43,377 nucleotides of DNA from Rhodospirillales bacterium (GCA_034003665.1 JAVEYE010000001.1:1-43377), one strand, 5' to 3'. Counted from the first letter of the stretch, positions 20,189-29,015 are shown. The notes: generated by a model from the sequence alone, not told the origin. Numbers and translations are program-made.

Positions 20189-20322
20189 TGCGAAGGCGGC
20201 AAACTGGGCGCTTTGTTGGTATCGGCGATTTTGGAGTCTGCCTGTGGATATGCGAGGGCGCCGCATGTTCACCGGCCTGACATCCGCTTCGTCGTCATGA
20301 AGTATCCGGGAACGCGTCGATA

Positions 20323-21318
20323 ATGGTTGCCCGTGACGAAAAGGTGGAGGGCCTGTTCGCGCTTGCCCTGGCGATGCAGGGAACGCGACAAGGATTGACG
20401 CTCGCCGATATCCAGGAGCGGTTTTCGGTATCCCGGCGGACGGCCGAGAGAATGCGGAATTCCGCGGAGCGGGTTTTTCCGCAATTGGAACAGGCCAATC
20501 CTGGTGAGATTCCCAAGCGGTGGCGGATACCATTCGGGGCGGCAAATAGCCTCCTTCAAACGTCCGCCGAGGAATTGGCCGATCTCGAACTGGCGATAAA
20601 GAACCTCCGGCGAGACAACCTGATCGATGCAGCAGATCGGCTTACCGGTCTGCGCGCTAAGATCATGGCCATGCAAAAACCGACGACCTTGCGGGCCATT
20701 GAACCCGATTTGGACGTTTTGGTCGAGGCGGAAGGATTTGCCCTTCGACCGGGGCCAAAACCTTCGATTTCTCCCACCGTCCTTTCGTCGCTCAAACAGG
20801 CGATCGCCGCTTGCGTCAAAGTGCGGCTTCATTATCGGCAGCGGGAAACAGGCACGCCAAGCTGCCAAATCGTCTGTCCTTACGGCTTTCTTTTCGGATC
20901 GCGCCACTACCTTGTCGCCTACAGCATGAATACGGCCGTGCGCGATTACCGCCTGTTCAGCCTTGGCAACGTCGACCGGGTCGAGGTCACGGAGTGGCCC
21001 TTCACGAGACGCGAAGATTTCTCGCTCCAAGCCTACGCGGAAAAGTCGTTCGGCGTTTTTCAGGAAGAACCTTTCGACGTCGTATGGCGGTTCAGCAAGG
21101 CCGTCGCAGGCGATGTGGCGGAGTTCCTTTTCCACCCGACCCAGACAATGGAAGAGCAAAGCGACGGTACCATCCTGGTGCGATTCCGGGCCGGAGGCGC
21201 CACGGAGATGTGCTGGCATCTGTTTAGGTGGGGAGGCAATGTTGAAATCCTGGAACCGCCCTGGCTGGCACAGAAATTCGAACAAATGAAAGCCCCTGCG
21301 GCAGCACGACAATCTTGA
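20323..21318 (+). CDS. WYL-domain transcriptional regulator (HTH-WYL-WCX)
   Basis: N-terminal HTH (LTLADIQERFSVSRRTAER), PYGFLFGSRHYLVAY, RLFSLGNV, FHPTQ and WGGNVEILEP. Confidence 0.9.
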   Translation: MVARDEKVEGLFALALAMQGTRQGLTLADIQERFSVSRRTAERMRNSAERVFPQLEQANPGEIPKRWRIPFGAANSLLQTSAEELADLELAIKNLRRDNLIDAADRLTGLRAKIMAMQKPTTLRAIEPDLDVLVEAEGFALRPGPKPSISPTVLSSLKQAIAACVKVRLHYRQRETGTPSCQIVCPYGFLFGSRHYLVAYSMNTAVRDYRLFSLGNVDRVEVTEWPFTRREDFSLQAYAEKSFGVFQEEPFDVVWRFSKAVAGDVAEFLFHPTQTMEEQSDGTILVRFRAGGATEMCWHLFRWGGNVEILEPPWLAQKFEQMKAPAAARQS

Positions 21319-21567
21319 AAGAACGGCTGCCTGCCAAGACGTTGCCGGCTGGGTCTGCAGAAGAGAGGGAACGCCGAACCCGAGGCATCCAACTGGTTTG
21401 TCACCGCAGGCCGAAGCCGATTGCCTTCCGTGCTCCCGGCTTTCCGGCATCTTCTGCCCCCGGAATGCGCGTGCGCGCACCTCGACTATGGCCGATTGGT
21501 TCGCGAAGCAATCGGGGTTCAGTCGCCAGGCCGCTGGAGAGGTGCTGACACACTGTTCCGGCACGTA

Positions 21568-21999
21568 TCACTTGTCCGAACGCTTTTCGGTGTCCGCCTC
21601 GCGCTTGAATTGCGATGGCTGCTGCTCCCACTCCACCGGAAACGGCTTCATGAGCGCATCAAGCTGCATCTCCGCCGTCTGCCGCCCGTCAAGAATTGCC
21701 TCAACGATTTCGGGCGCCAGCAGTGTCAACCGCAGCACCCGGCTGACGTAGGACTTGTTAATGTTCTCGGCAGCGGCCAGATCGGCGACCGAGCCGTGAA
21801 CGCCGGCCTCCAGCAGCTTCCGCCACCGGAACGCCCGCGCCAGCGCCTTGACCAGAGCGTTGTCGACGCGGGCGCGCGGCGGCATCCAGGCGGTGGCGCC
21901 GTCCGGCGCAATCACCAGCTTGCGCCCGCCGCGCCGTCGGAAGGTCATCGGCACCCGCACCGTGATGGTATCGCCGATGCGTTCGCTCACGTCCGTCAT
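21568..21999 (-). CDS. Conserved hypothetical protein coupled to the serine recombinase (C-terminal HTH-like)
   Basis: TGATG overlap with the recombinase stop. FRRRGGRKLVIAPDG...YVSRVLRLTLLAPEIVEAILDGRQ is typical of ORFs next to DUF2924 recombinases. Confidence 0.75.
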   Translation of the reverse strand: MTDVSERIGDTITVRVPMTFRRRGGRKLVIAPDGATAWMPPRARVDNALVKALARAFRWRKLLEAGVHGSVADLAAAENINKSYVSRVLRLTLLAPEIVEAILDGRQTAEMQLDALMKPFPVEWEQQPSQFKREADTEKRSDK

Positions 22000-23312
22000 C
22001 ACGCAGCCTTCCGATTCGCGTCGGCGGCACGGAGGTCGGCGACCAGGGAACCGAGGCCCGCGGTGCGCAACCGGATGTCGAGACCGTCGGGACGAACATC
22101 GACCCGTTCGACCAGAAGCTGGACGACGCGTGCCTGCTCGGCCGGGAACAGTTCGTCCCACAGGGAATCGAACCCTTCGAGGGTCTCTCGCACCTCCGCC
22201 TCGGTCAGTCCGCCAATCTCCGACCGCGCCGATCGCCACGTGGCGACGATGACCTCGGGTGCACGCAGCAGGCCGCGCAACTGGTCGACCACCGCGGCCT
22301 CTATCTCCGCGGCGGGCACGCGGCGGACGATACCGGACGGGATCTCGCCCTTCAGCAGCCCGGCGGCGACGTAGTACCGATAGAGGCGATCGCCCTTCCG
22401 GGTGTGCGTCGGCGACATCGCCCGGCCGTCGGCGCCGAAGATCAGGCCCTTCAGCAAGGCGGGCGTCTGGGCGCGGGTTCGATTGGCGCGGAGCCGGGGA
22501 CTTTCGGCGATGATGGCGTGGACCCGGTCCCAAATCTCCCGATCAATTATGGCCTCGTGCTCGCCGGGATAGGCGACACCCTTGTGCACGGCCATGCCGA
22601 TGTAGACCTGGTTGTTCAAGAGCTTGTAGAGGTATCCCTTGTCGATCGGCCTGCCGCGCTTGGTGGTCACGCCCTCGGCGGCCAGGGTCCGCGCCAGCAC
22701 GGTCGCCGATCCGACACCGAGGAAGCGCTCGAAGATCATGTGCACGGTGGCGGCCTCGGTGGCGTTGACCACCAGCTTGCGATCCCGGACATCGTAGCCG
22801 AGCGGTGGGTTGCCTCCCATCCACATGCCCTTCTTGCGGCTGGCGGCGAACTTGTCGCGGATGCGTTCGCCGATCACCTCGCGCTCGAACTGGGCGAACG
22901 ATAGCAGGATGTTCAGGGTCAATCGACCCATGGAGGTGGTGGTGTTGAACGCCTGCGTCACCGACACGAAGGTGACGTCGCGGCGGTCAAACACCTCGAC
23001 CAACTTGGCGAAGTCCATCAGCGCGCGGCTCAGACGGTCGATTTTGTAGACCACCACCACGTCGACCCGACCACCCTCGATGTCACGCAGGAGACGTTGC
23101 AGTGCCGGCCGTTCCAGCGTGCCGCCGGAGAAGCCGCCGTCGTCGTAGCGGTCGGGAACCAGGACCCATCCCTCCGGCTTCTGGCTGGCAACGTAGGCCT
23201 CGCAGGACTCCCGCTGGGCGTCGAGCGAGTTGAACTCCATGTCCAACCCTTCCTCGCTCGACTTTCGGGTGTAGACGGCGCAGCGCCGCTTTCGGATGAG
23301 GGCGTTTTTCAT
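21999..23312 (-). CDS. Large serine recombinase (prophage integrase)
   Basis: CAVYTRKSS (catalytic Ser), YDDGGFSGG, VYKIDRLSR, FAQFERE and recombinase domain PLGYD...HEAII. Confidence 0.92.
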   Translation of the reverse strand: MKNALIRKRRCAVYTRKSSEEGLDMEFNSLDAQRESCEAYVASQKPEGWVLVPDRYDDGGFSGGTLERPALQRLLRDIEGGRVDVVVVYKIDRLSRALMDFAKLVEVFDRRDVTFVSVTQAFNTTTSMGRLTLNILLSFAQFEREVIGERIRDKFAASRKKGMWMGGNPPLGYDVRDRKLVVNATEAATVHMIFERFLGVGSATVLARTLAAEGVTTKRGRPIDKGYLYKLLNNQVYIGMAVHKGVAYPGEHEAIIDREIWDRVHAIIAESPRLRANRTRAQTPALLKGLIFGADGRAMSPTHTRKGDRLYRYYVAAGLLKGEIPSGIVRRVPAAEIEAAVVDQLRGLLRAPEVIVATWRSARSEIGGLTEAEVRETLEGFDSLWDELFPAEQARVVQLLVERVDVRPDGLDIRLRTAGLGSLVADLRAADANRKAA

Positions 23313-23755
23313 CGTCCCGCTCCCGATTTACGCAGTCCGAAGAACACGACCCCGTTCCAGCGGGTACCGGTGATGGCTCGCGCGATGGCCGACAGCGACT
23401 TGTAGGGGCGCCCCTGGTATTCGTAGCCATCGACCAGCACGGTGACGCAGTGCTCGATGCCCTGGTATTCACGGATTAGCCGCGTGCCGGCGATCGGCCG
23501 GTCGTCGGCCCGGCGACGGCGCACCTCGACCTTGCCACCGTCCAACTGTTCGCCCAGCGCCTCGAGCCGCTCCACCGTGGTGGGCTTCAACCCGCCGAGG
23601 GCCAGTTCCTGGATCCGGTAGGCCAGCCGACTCTCGAGGAAGCGCCGGTTGTAGGGCGGTGGGTCACTATCGAACAGCTCACGCCACTGCTTCTTCAGGT
23701 CAGGAGTCGGCGTGGTTTTCAGAGCCGCGATTCGTGCGAGAACAGTGTCCGTCAT
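23309..23755 (-). CDS. DUF2924 domain protein
   Basis: LAYRIQELALGGL, GTRLIREYQG and YKSLSAIARAITGTRWNG. Confidence 0.85.
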   Translation of the reverse strand: MTDTVLARIAALKTTPTPDLKKQWRELFDSDPPPYNRRFLESRLAYRIQELALGGLKPTTVERLEALGEQLDGGKVEVRRRRADDRPIAGTRLIREYQGIEHCVTVLVDGYEYQGRPYKSLSAIARAITGTRWNGVVFFGLRKSGAGR

Positions 23756-23955
23756 GAGGGGGTCTCCGGCCTGGTTTTGACGGGTTCATGACGGCTCCGG
23801 GGTTCCGGGAAGTCGAGACAACTGTCTCCGCGGTCAACGGATAGTCCGCTTGACTTCGGCGAACGGAGACGGACTAGACCAGTGGCAAGGATGCCGGCCA
23901 GCTCGGCGAGTCGCTCGGCGGCGGACAGGTGTTTGGGGTGGATGGGATTCGTCAT
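23752..23955 (-). CDS. Small hypothetical protein of the recombinase module
   Basis: 4-nt overlap with the DUF2924 gene; LSAAERLAELAGILATGLVRL. Confidence 0.6.
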   Translation of the reverse strand: MTNPIHPKHLSAAERLAELAGILATGLVRLRSPKSSGLSVDRGDSCLDFPEPRSRHEPVKTRPETPS

Positions 23956-24122
23956 CGCGTCCAATCCTTTCGGACGCATGGTGCTGCCGCCCAAGGACAT
24001 TTTACAGCGAAATCAATCTCTTAACGTAGTGCGGCGAAGAAGAAGGAACCGCTGCGAATCGAATACCGAACCTCCTGGCTCTCGCGTCGCCGAGTTCAGT
24101 CACCCGTTTGGCGAATTGCCTA

Positions 24123-24173
24123 TTGAGTCGGCAAGCACCAAATCGTATCACTTCGCAAATCCGCTGACTTGCG
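24123..24173 (+). promoter_or_regulatory. Sigma70-like promoter of the XRE gene with operator box 1
   Basis: TTGAGT-17 nt-TATCAC at 24123-24151, followed by CGCAAATCCGCTGACTTGCG at 24154-24173. Confidence 0.6.
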
Positions 24174-24209
24174 TATCAAACCAGAGACCAAGATTGAGGA
24201 GACCTCGCC

Positions 24210-24536
24210 ATGCCATCAGAGCCAATGACCTTCGGAGGTGCCATCGCCGACGCGCGGAGGAAGAAGGGGCTGAGCCAAAAGGAACTCGCCGCGAAGATAG
24301 TCAAGGATGACGATGGGGGGGCCATCTCGCCGCAGTACCTGAACGACATCGAGCATGATCGGCGCAGCCCCACGTCGGATTCCCTCATCCGTCAGTTCGC
24401 GACAGTGCTTGACGCGGATGAGAATCTCCTTTTCGTTCTGGCAGGGAAGATCCCCGAGGACACACGGGCGAAAGCCACGGATCCGAAGAAGGCCGCCGCA
24501 GCGTTCGCCAATTTTCGAAGAAACATTTCGAAATAG
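24210..24536 (+). CDS. XRE-family HTH repressor (ImmR/CapH-like)
   Basis: ARRKKGLSQKELA...ISPQYLNDIEHDRRSP; GAGGAG RBS; no S24 autoprotease domain. Confidence 0.88.
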   Translation: MPSEPMTFGGAIADARRKKGLSQKELAAKIVKDDDGGAISPQYLNDIEHDRRSPTSDSLIRQFATVLDADENLLFVLAGKIPEDTRAKATDPKKAAAAFANFRRNISK

Positions 24537-24546
24537 AGGCAAGCCC

Positions 24547-25266
24547 ATGGTGAAGATGGTGCGCGACAGCTCCGGACGGTTTCCTGAGCGGCCGCATTAT
24601 TCGCCCGGCGAGATCGATTCCGAATGCGAGAAAATCGTTGGGGGGTTTCTGCGGGCACGGCACGGCGCGGGCTGCCCGCGGATCACGACCGATGAACTCT
24701 CGATTCTGATCGAAAAGAGCGGCGCCTCACTGGACTCCTCTGTCGACCTCGCACCCTTTGGCGATGATGTCGAGGGCATGACGGCGTTCTTTCCGAATCG
24801 CAGTCCGGAGGTCTCCATCTCCGATACGCTGGCAAACGACAGCCGGCGCGAGAATCGCCTTCGCACCACGCTGGCGCATGAATACGGGCACGTCCATTTC
24901 CACGGTTATCTCTGGGCCGAGAAGTTCGCGACGAGCCGGCTGTTCGACCGGCTGAGCCGCGAGAACAAGGCCATCTGCAAGCGGGACACCATCCTGAATG
25001 CCCGCGAGTATGACTGGATGGAGTGGCAGGCTGGGTATGCCAGCGGCGCGATTCTGATGCCGGTCACGGCCATCCGGAGGTTGGTTTCCGACTACTGCGC
25101 GCCCCTCGGCCTCCACAGTGCGGTCGTTGCCGGCTCGGAACACGGCCGAAAAATCATCGGGGCCGTCACCGAGACGTTCCAGGTTTCCGAGGACGCGGCG
25201 AGGGTGCGCCTCATCAAACTGAATCTTCTCACGGGGTCGGACCGTCAGGGAGCTCTCTTCCACTAG
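24547..25266 (+). CDS. ImmA/IrrE-family Zn metallopeptidase (anti-repressor)
   Basis: RLRTTLAHEYGH (HExxH), EWQA...ILMP and FQVSEDAARVRL. Confidence 0.88.
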   Translation: MVKMVRDSSGRFPERPHYSPGEIDSECEKIVGGFLRARHGAGCPRITTDELSILIEKSGASLDSSVDLAPFGDDVEGMTAFFPNRSPEVSISDTLANDSRRENRLRTTLAHEYGHVHFHGYLWAEKFATSRLFDRLSRENKAICKRDTILNAREYDWMEWQAGYASGAILMPVTAIRRLVSDYCAPLGLHSAVVAGSEHGRKIIGAVTETFQVSEDAARVRLIKLNLLTGSDRQGALFH

Positions 25267-25272
25267 CCTCAA

Positions 25273-25364
25273 CGTCAATCCGCTAATTTGCGAAGTTTTG
25301 CGATTGACATCGCCGGAGCGCGTGATATTTTAAGCTCGCGACTACGCAAATCCGCTGATCGGCA
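25273..25364 (+). promoter_or_regulatory. Sigma70 promoter flanked by operator boxes 2 and 3
   Basis: CGTCAATCCGCTAATTTGCG at 25273-25292, TTGACA at 25304-25309, extended -10 TGaTATTTT at 25323-25331, CGCAAATCCGCTGATCGGCA at 25345-25364, then a GGAGG RBS. Confidence 0.7.
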
Positions 25365-25379
25365 TTATGGAGGTCCATT

Positions 25380-25622
25380 ATGTCAACGCCGAAGCAGGGT
25401 CCCGAGACCCACCACGTGGTGCCCAATCCCGATGGGGGTTGGGACGTCAAGCGCGGGGGCGCCGAGCGCGCCAGCCGTCACTTCGACACCAAGCAGCCCG
25501 CCGTCGATTACGCGCGGGACGTTAGCCGCAATCAGGAGACGGAGCTGCGGATCCACAACCGCGACGGCAAGATCTCCCAGAGTGACAGCCACGGTAACGA
25601 CCCACGCAAGATCCCTGGCTGA
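25380..25622 (+). CDS. DUF2188 domain protein
   Basis: HHVVPNPDGGWDVKR...IHNRDGKISQSDSHGNDP. Confidence 0.85.
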   Translation: MSTPKQGPETHHVVPNPDGGWDVKRGGAERASRHFDTKQPAVDYARDVSRNQETELRIHNRDGKISQSDSHGNDPRKIPG

Positions 25623-25625
25623 ATT

Positions 25626-25653
25626 GTCCGGGGGAAGGAGGCTTCCCCCGGAC
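25626..25653 (+). other. Perfect 12-bp hairpin without a U tract
   Basis: GTCCGGGGGAAG-GAGG-CTTCCCCCGGAC. Confidence 0.6.
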
Positions 25654-25681
25654 CATCTCCTATCCAACGATGGAGCCATTG

Positions 25682-26851
25682 ATGCCGTATCTGTTTCGTC
25701 TGATTCGCAACACCCCAGTTTCTTCGCTTAAGACGTTTTTCACCCGGTGCGCGGTGGTGCTTCAGCCGGCCGTGAACTGGACCGCTCCCGAACGGCAGGT
25801 CGTGGACACCCTGCTTCAGGCCGTGGATGCGATGGACGATCTTGCGTTGGCCCGAGTCCGGAACGACGCGGAGCGCGTCACCAAGATGACCGACGACGCG
25901 GGCCAGACCGCCCTTTACAGCGTGGTCGGAAACAGGACCAACCTGGACACCCTCGGCAATGCCCATGATCGGGCGCTGTGGATGTTCCTGAACGACGCCA
26001 CCGGCTTCCTGCGAGCCGAAGAGGTCCGTTTTACCGACGAGCGGCGCCGCGGCCGCATGTGGGACGGGTTCATCGGAACGCCGAACATGCCCTTGCGGCG
26101 CGACAGCGCCTCGGTGTCTGCGTTCCAGAACGCGATTCGTCAGAGGTTCTCGTCAAACCACGTCCACGTGGACATCTTCGATCGCCAGCGGCCGACCTTC
26201 GAGGGCGAGGATTGCGAACTCATCCAGGTGGTTGTGTACCGCGAGGGTCTGCCGGATGACACTCTGGCTTTCGACGATGCTGGGACCCTGGTCCGTCGCC
26301 CGCAACGTCCGGTGTTCGAAGCGGCGCTGACCTACGAGCCGGCGACCGGCGTGATCGAGGTCGTCGCCAACGATCGCGAAAGCCGCGAGGACATTGTGCG
26401 ATTCATGGCCCGCGATCTGCTCGGGATCGAGTTCCAGGAGGAGCGGCTGCCATTTCGTCGGTATGACCTCTCGGTCCTGTTGCATCCTTTCGACTTCCCC
26501 ACGGATCCGGCTGACGGAATCGCGGCGGTCGAGGTGAGACAACTGCGGCTGATGCCCCTCGACACCGTCGGGGAACGCCTGACTTTGGAATGCCTGCGGA
26601 AGGCCGAACGCACGATCTGGGACATGGCGCGTGACCGGTTCGGCGAGGCCGACCCCCTGTCGGGCGGCTGGGTCGCGACCCAGGCCAAGCTGTCCATTCG
26701 GTTCCATCCCACCGGCGAGTCGAGGCGCCAGCGTACCCTGCCGCTGACCATCACCATGCCGCACGGCTGCAACCTCAAGGACCAGACCGAACGCGAACAG
26801 CTGATCGGAGAGAGGTACCTGCGCCGGTGGGGCATCCTGCGCGATGCCTGA
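25682..26851 (+). CDS. Conserved hypothetical protein (about 389 aa)
   Basis: Long ORF with host-like codon usage and a GGAG RBS before ATG 25682; overlaps the next gene. Confidence 0.8.
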   Translation: MPYLFRLIRNTPVSSLKTFFTRCAVVLQPAVNWTAPERQVVDTLLQAVDAMDDLALARVRNDAERVTKMTDDAGQTALYSVVGNRTNLDTLGNAHDRALWMFLNDATGFLRAEEVRFTDERRRGRMWDGFIGTPNMPLRRDSASVSAFQNAIRQRFSSNHVHVDIFDRQRPTFEGEDCELIQVVVYREGLPDDTLAFDDAGTLVRRPQRPVFEAALTYEPATGVIEVVANDRESREDIVRFMARDLLGIEFQEERLPFRRYDLSVLLHPFDFPTDPADGIAAVEVRQLRLMPLDTVGERLTLECLRKAERTIWDMARDRFGEADPLSGGWVATQAKLSIRFHPTGESRRQRTLPLTITMPHGCNLKDQTEREQLIGERYLRRWGILRDA

Positions 26852-27797
26852 TCGGGCACCCTTGCTTTCGCCAGCCGCCCTGGAGTTGCTGCTGTCCGCT
26901 ATCGAAACGCGGGAGGCGGTCATTTCCGGGACCGCGCTGTCCGACCACTTCGGATCAATGTCGGAACGACTTGTCGATACGGGGTTACTCAAGCCGTGCG
27001 GCCACGAAACGGCCACGGTCTCCTTGGCCGACCATGACGATGTGCCCGTCACCCTGACATGGTCGCCGGACGGCGGCGGTTTGGGATATTTCAGCCCGAC
27101 CGCCGGATGGGTGAGGGTTAGCGACGACCGCCTCGTCAGGTACCGGGTCGACTTCCCGGTGATGTTTGCACGAATGATGGTCCAGGCGGACGTGTCGTCT
27201 CGCGCCGGGCCGGTTCCCCTCGTTCCCGACCTCCTCTGGGAGATCGGCGATGTTCGTCTCGGCCGCCGGACGCAGCGGGTCTCCGTGTGGTTCGGCCGGC
27301 GGCTGCATGATCCGTCCGTGTGGCGTCGGGTCGGCGATACAGTCGAGGCGCGGCCATCATCCCGTCTGCGCATTCTCCTCACCAGCACACCGTCGCAGCG
27401 CCTGCCGCAACAGCTCCTCCCAGGGCATCTCGTGGTCGGGCTGCGCGATGTCATTGACTTCGAAACCGGTCTCTCGGTCCACCCCGAAATCCTCGCCGCT
27501 CGCCTGGACGGCTCCCATCGGCCGGCCGTTAAGGAAGCTATCTACCTGTCCCCCGATGGAACACGGCTGATCATCAACGGGGACGTGACGATCGACTTCA
27601 GGTCGGACATCCAGATCGCCATCATCCGCAAACTGGTCGAAGGATTCCGGACGGGTAAGCGGTACCGCGCTCAGGACCTGTTGGCCGAGGCACAATCGGG
27701 GGTGGACGGCCTGCGCCGCGCCTTCGGCGCCAAGAAGTGGGCGCAGCTGGATCCCTACCTGATCTCCCATAACGGCCTCTGGGGATTCGAACTCTAG
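26844..27797 (+). CDS. Hypothetical protein with possible C-terminal winged-helix DNA-binding domain
   Basis: Coupled to the upstream gene. The last ~85 aa show a strand-helix-helix-hairpin pattern reminiscent of OmpR-type wHTH (inference). Confidence 0.7.
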   Translation: MPDRAPLLSPAALELLLSAIETREAVISGTALSDHFGSMSERLVDTGLLKPCGHETATVSLADHDDVPVTLTWSPDGGGLGYFSPTAGWVRVSDDRLVRYRVDFPVMFARMMVQADVSSRAGPVPLVPDLLWEIGDVRLGRRTQRVSVWFGRRLHDPSVWRRVGDTVEARPSSRLRILLTSTPSQRLPQQLLPGHLVVGLRDVIDFETGLSVHPEILAARLDGSHRPAVKEAIYLSPDGTRLIINGDVTIDFRSDIQIAIIRKLVEGFRTGKRYRAQDLLAEAQSGVDGLRRAFGAKKWAQLDPYLISHNGLWGFEL

Positions 27798-27898
27798 GCC
27801 GAATTTCTCCCTGATCTTCTCCCGGTCCGGGCCTCGTTCTTCTCCCGCCATCTGCGAGACGCTGCCTTCGGAAGCGATGCCTTTCGAAGGAGATCCAG

Positions 27899-28084
27899 AT
27901 GGCCATCACACATCTCAACCAGATCGAACTCGCCCGCCGTTGGCGCATCAGTCCGCGCACGCTCGAGCGCTGGCGCTGGTTGGGCCAGGGACCGCGCTAC
28001 CTGAAGATCGGCGGGCGCGTGGTCTACCGGCTCGAAGACGTCGAGGCGTTCGAGGCCGACAAGCTTCGCGAGATTGCGCAATGA
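27899..28084 (+). CDS. Small HTH DNA-binding protein (excisionase/AlpA-like)
   Basis: LNQIELARRWRISPRTLERWR...GPRYLKIGGRVVYRLEDVEAFE; AAGGAG RBS. Confidence 0.85.
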   Translation: MAITHLNQIELARRWRISPRTLERWRWLGQGPRYLKIGGRVVYRLEDVEAFEADKLREIAQ

Positions 28085-28530
28085 ACACCCGCAATCACGC
28101 AGCTCTGCGCCCGGATGACTTTGTTTTCTCTCCGGTTCGCGGGCGAAACAGAGCGAAATCCCTCGTATTGGTGCCTTCGGGCCAATCCTGTACTTCAATG
28201 GGGATGAACATCCCCGCTCCCCTTCGCTGCCCCTTCACCGAGAGCCGCTTCTGCGCATGGGTCGCGCAGGCCAAACCGGGCGACGAGGTGGAGTACCACC
28301 GCGGCTTCCTGGTTATCGACCTGACGCTGCCCGGCGCCCTGAGCCGTGTTGCCCGGGCGGAATTGGCCGTCGTCGCCGCGTGCGCCTTTGATCTGGCGGA
28401 ACGCGGCTTCATCCACCTCGTCCAGCGGCGCATCGGCCCCAGCGTCTTTGCCTATCTTGCAATCGCCCGGCCGCACCGCGGCCCGCGGCCGATCCCCTTT
28501 CAAGACCTGATGCCCGAGGAGGCAGCGTGA
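28081..28530 (+). CDS. Phage hypothetical protein
   Basis: FCAWVAQAKPGDEVEYHRGFL...HLVQRR...YLAIAR; ATGA overlap with the upstream gene. Alternative start at 28198. Confidence 0.65.
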   Translation: MNTRNHAALRPDDFVFSPVRGRNRAKSLVLVPSGQSCTSMGMNIPAPLRCPFTESRFCAWVAQAKPGDEVEYHRGFLVIDLTLPGALSRVARAELAVVAACAFDLAERGFIHLVQRRIGPSVFAYLAIARPHRGPRPIPFQDLMPEEAA

Positions 28531-29015
28531 TGCCTGCTCTCGTCAACCATCCGGCCCTGGGTGACCTCGACCGACTGCCTCTCGGCGACATTGCGGCCTT
28601 GCCGGCCGACCAACTGGCGCTCCTGCAGGACGAAGCCGAAACGGCGTTGACGGCCGCCAAGGCGACCGCGGACCGCATCGCCGTCGCACTGACCATTCGC
28701 TACGCCGAGCGGGCACAAACCGCCCGCCGGACTGAAAACAAGGACACCGGCACCGTCCGTTTCGACGATGGTCCGGTCACCGTGGTCGCCGATCTCCCCA
28801 AGAAGATCGACTGGGACCAGCCCACTCTCGCTGCCGTGGTCGAGCGCATTCGGACCGCCGGCGACGACCCCGCCGAGTACGTCGACATCACCTTCAAGGT
28901 GCCGGAACGCAAATACGCCGCCTGGCCCGAGAGCATCCGTGCGGCGTTCGAGACGGCCCGCACGGTGCGCACCGGCAAACCCTCTATCCGCCTTTCCCTG
29001 AACAACGAGGTATGA
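28527..29015 (+). CDS. Phage hypothetical protein of the replication module
   Basis: KDTGTVRF...DLPKKIDWDQ...VPERKYAAWP; GAGGAGG RBS; coupled to its neighbours. Confidence 0.75.
   Translation: MMPALVNHPALGDLDRLPLGDIAALPADQLALLQDEAETALTAAKATADRIAVALTIRYAERAQTARRTENKDTGTVRFDDGPVTVVADLPKKIDWDQPTLAAVVERIRTAGDDPAEYVDITFKVPERKYAAWPESIRAAFETARTVRTGKPSIRLSLNNEV

Noticed and set aside
15771-21400. Shared CAGTTGGA (15771 on plus, about 21387-21394 on minus) as inverted ends of the dnaE-WYL segment
   Set aside because: Only an 8-nt match with no extended similarity; compatible with chance.
27780-27797. GGGATTCGAAC resembling a reverse-complement tRNA T-arm or att core
   Set aside because: It encodes the C-terminal WGFEL of the 26844-27797 ORF, and no cloverleaf can be built around it.
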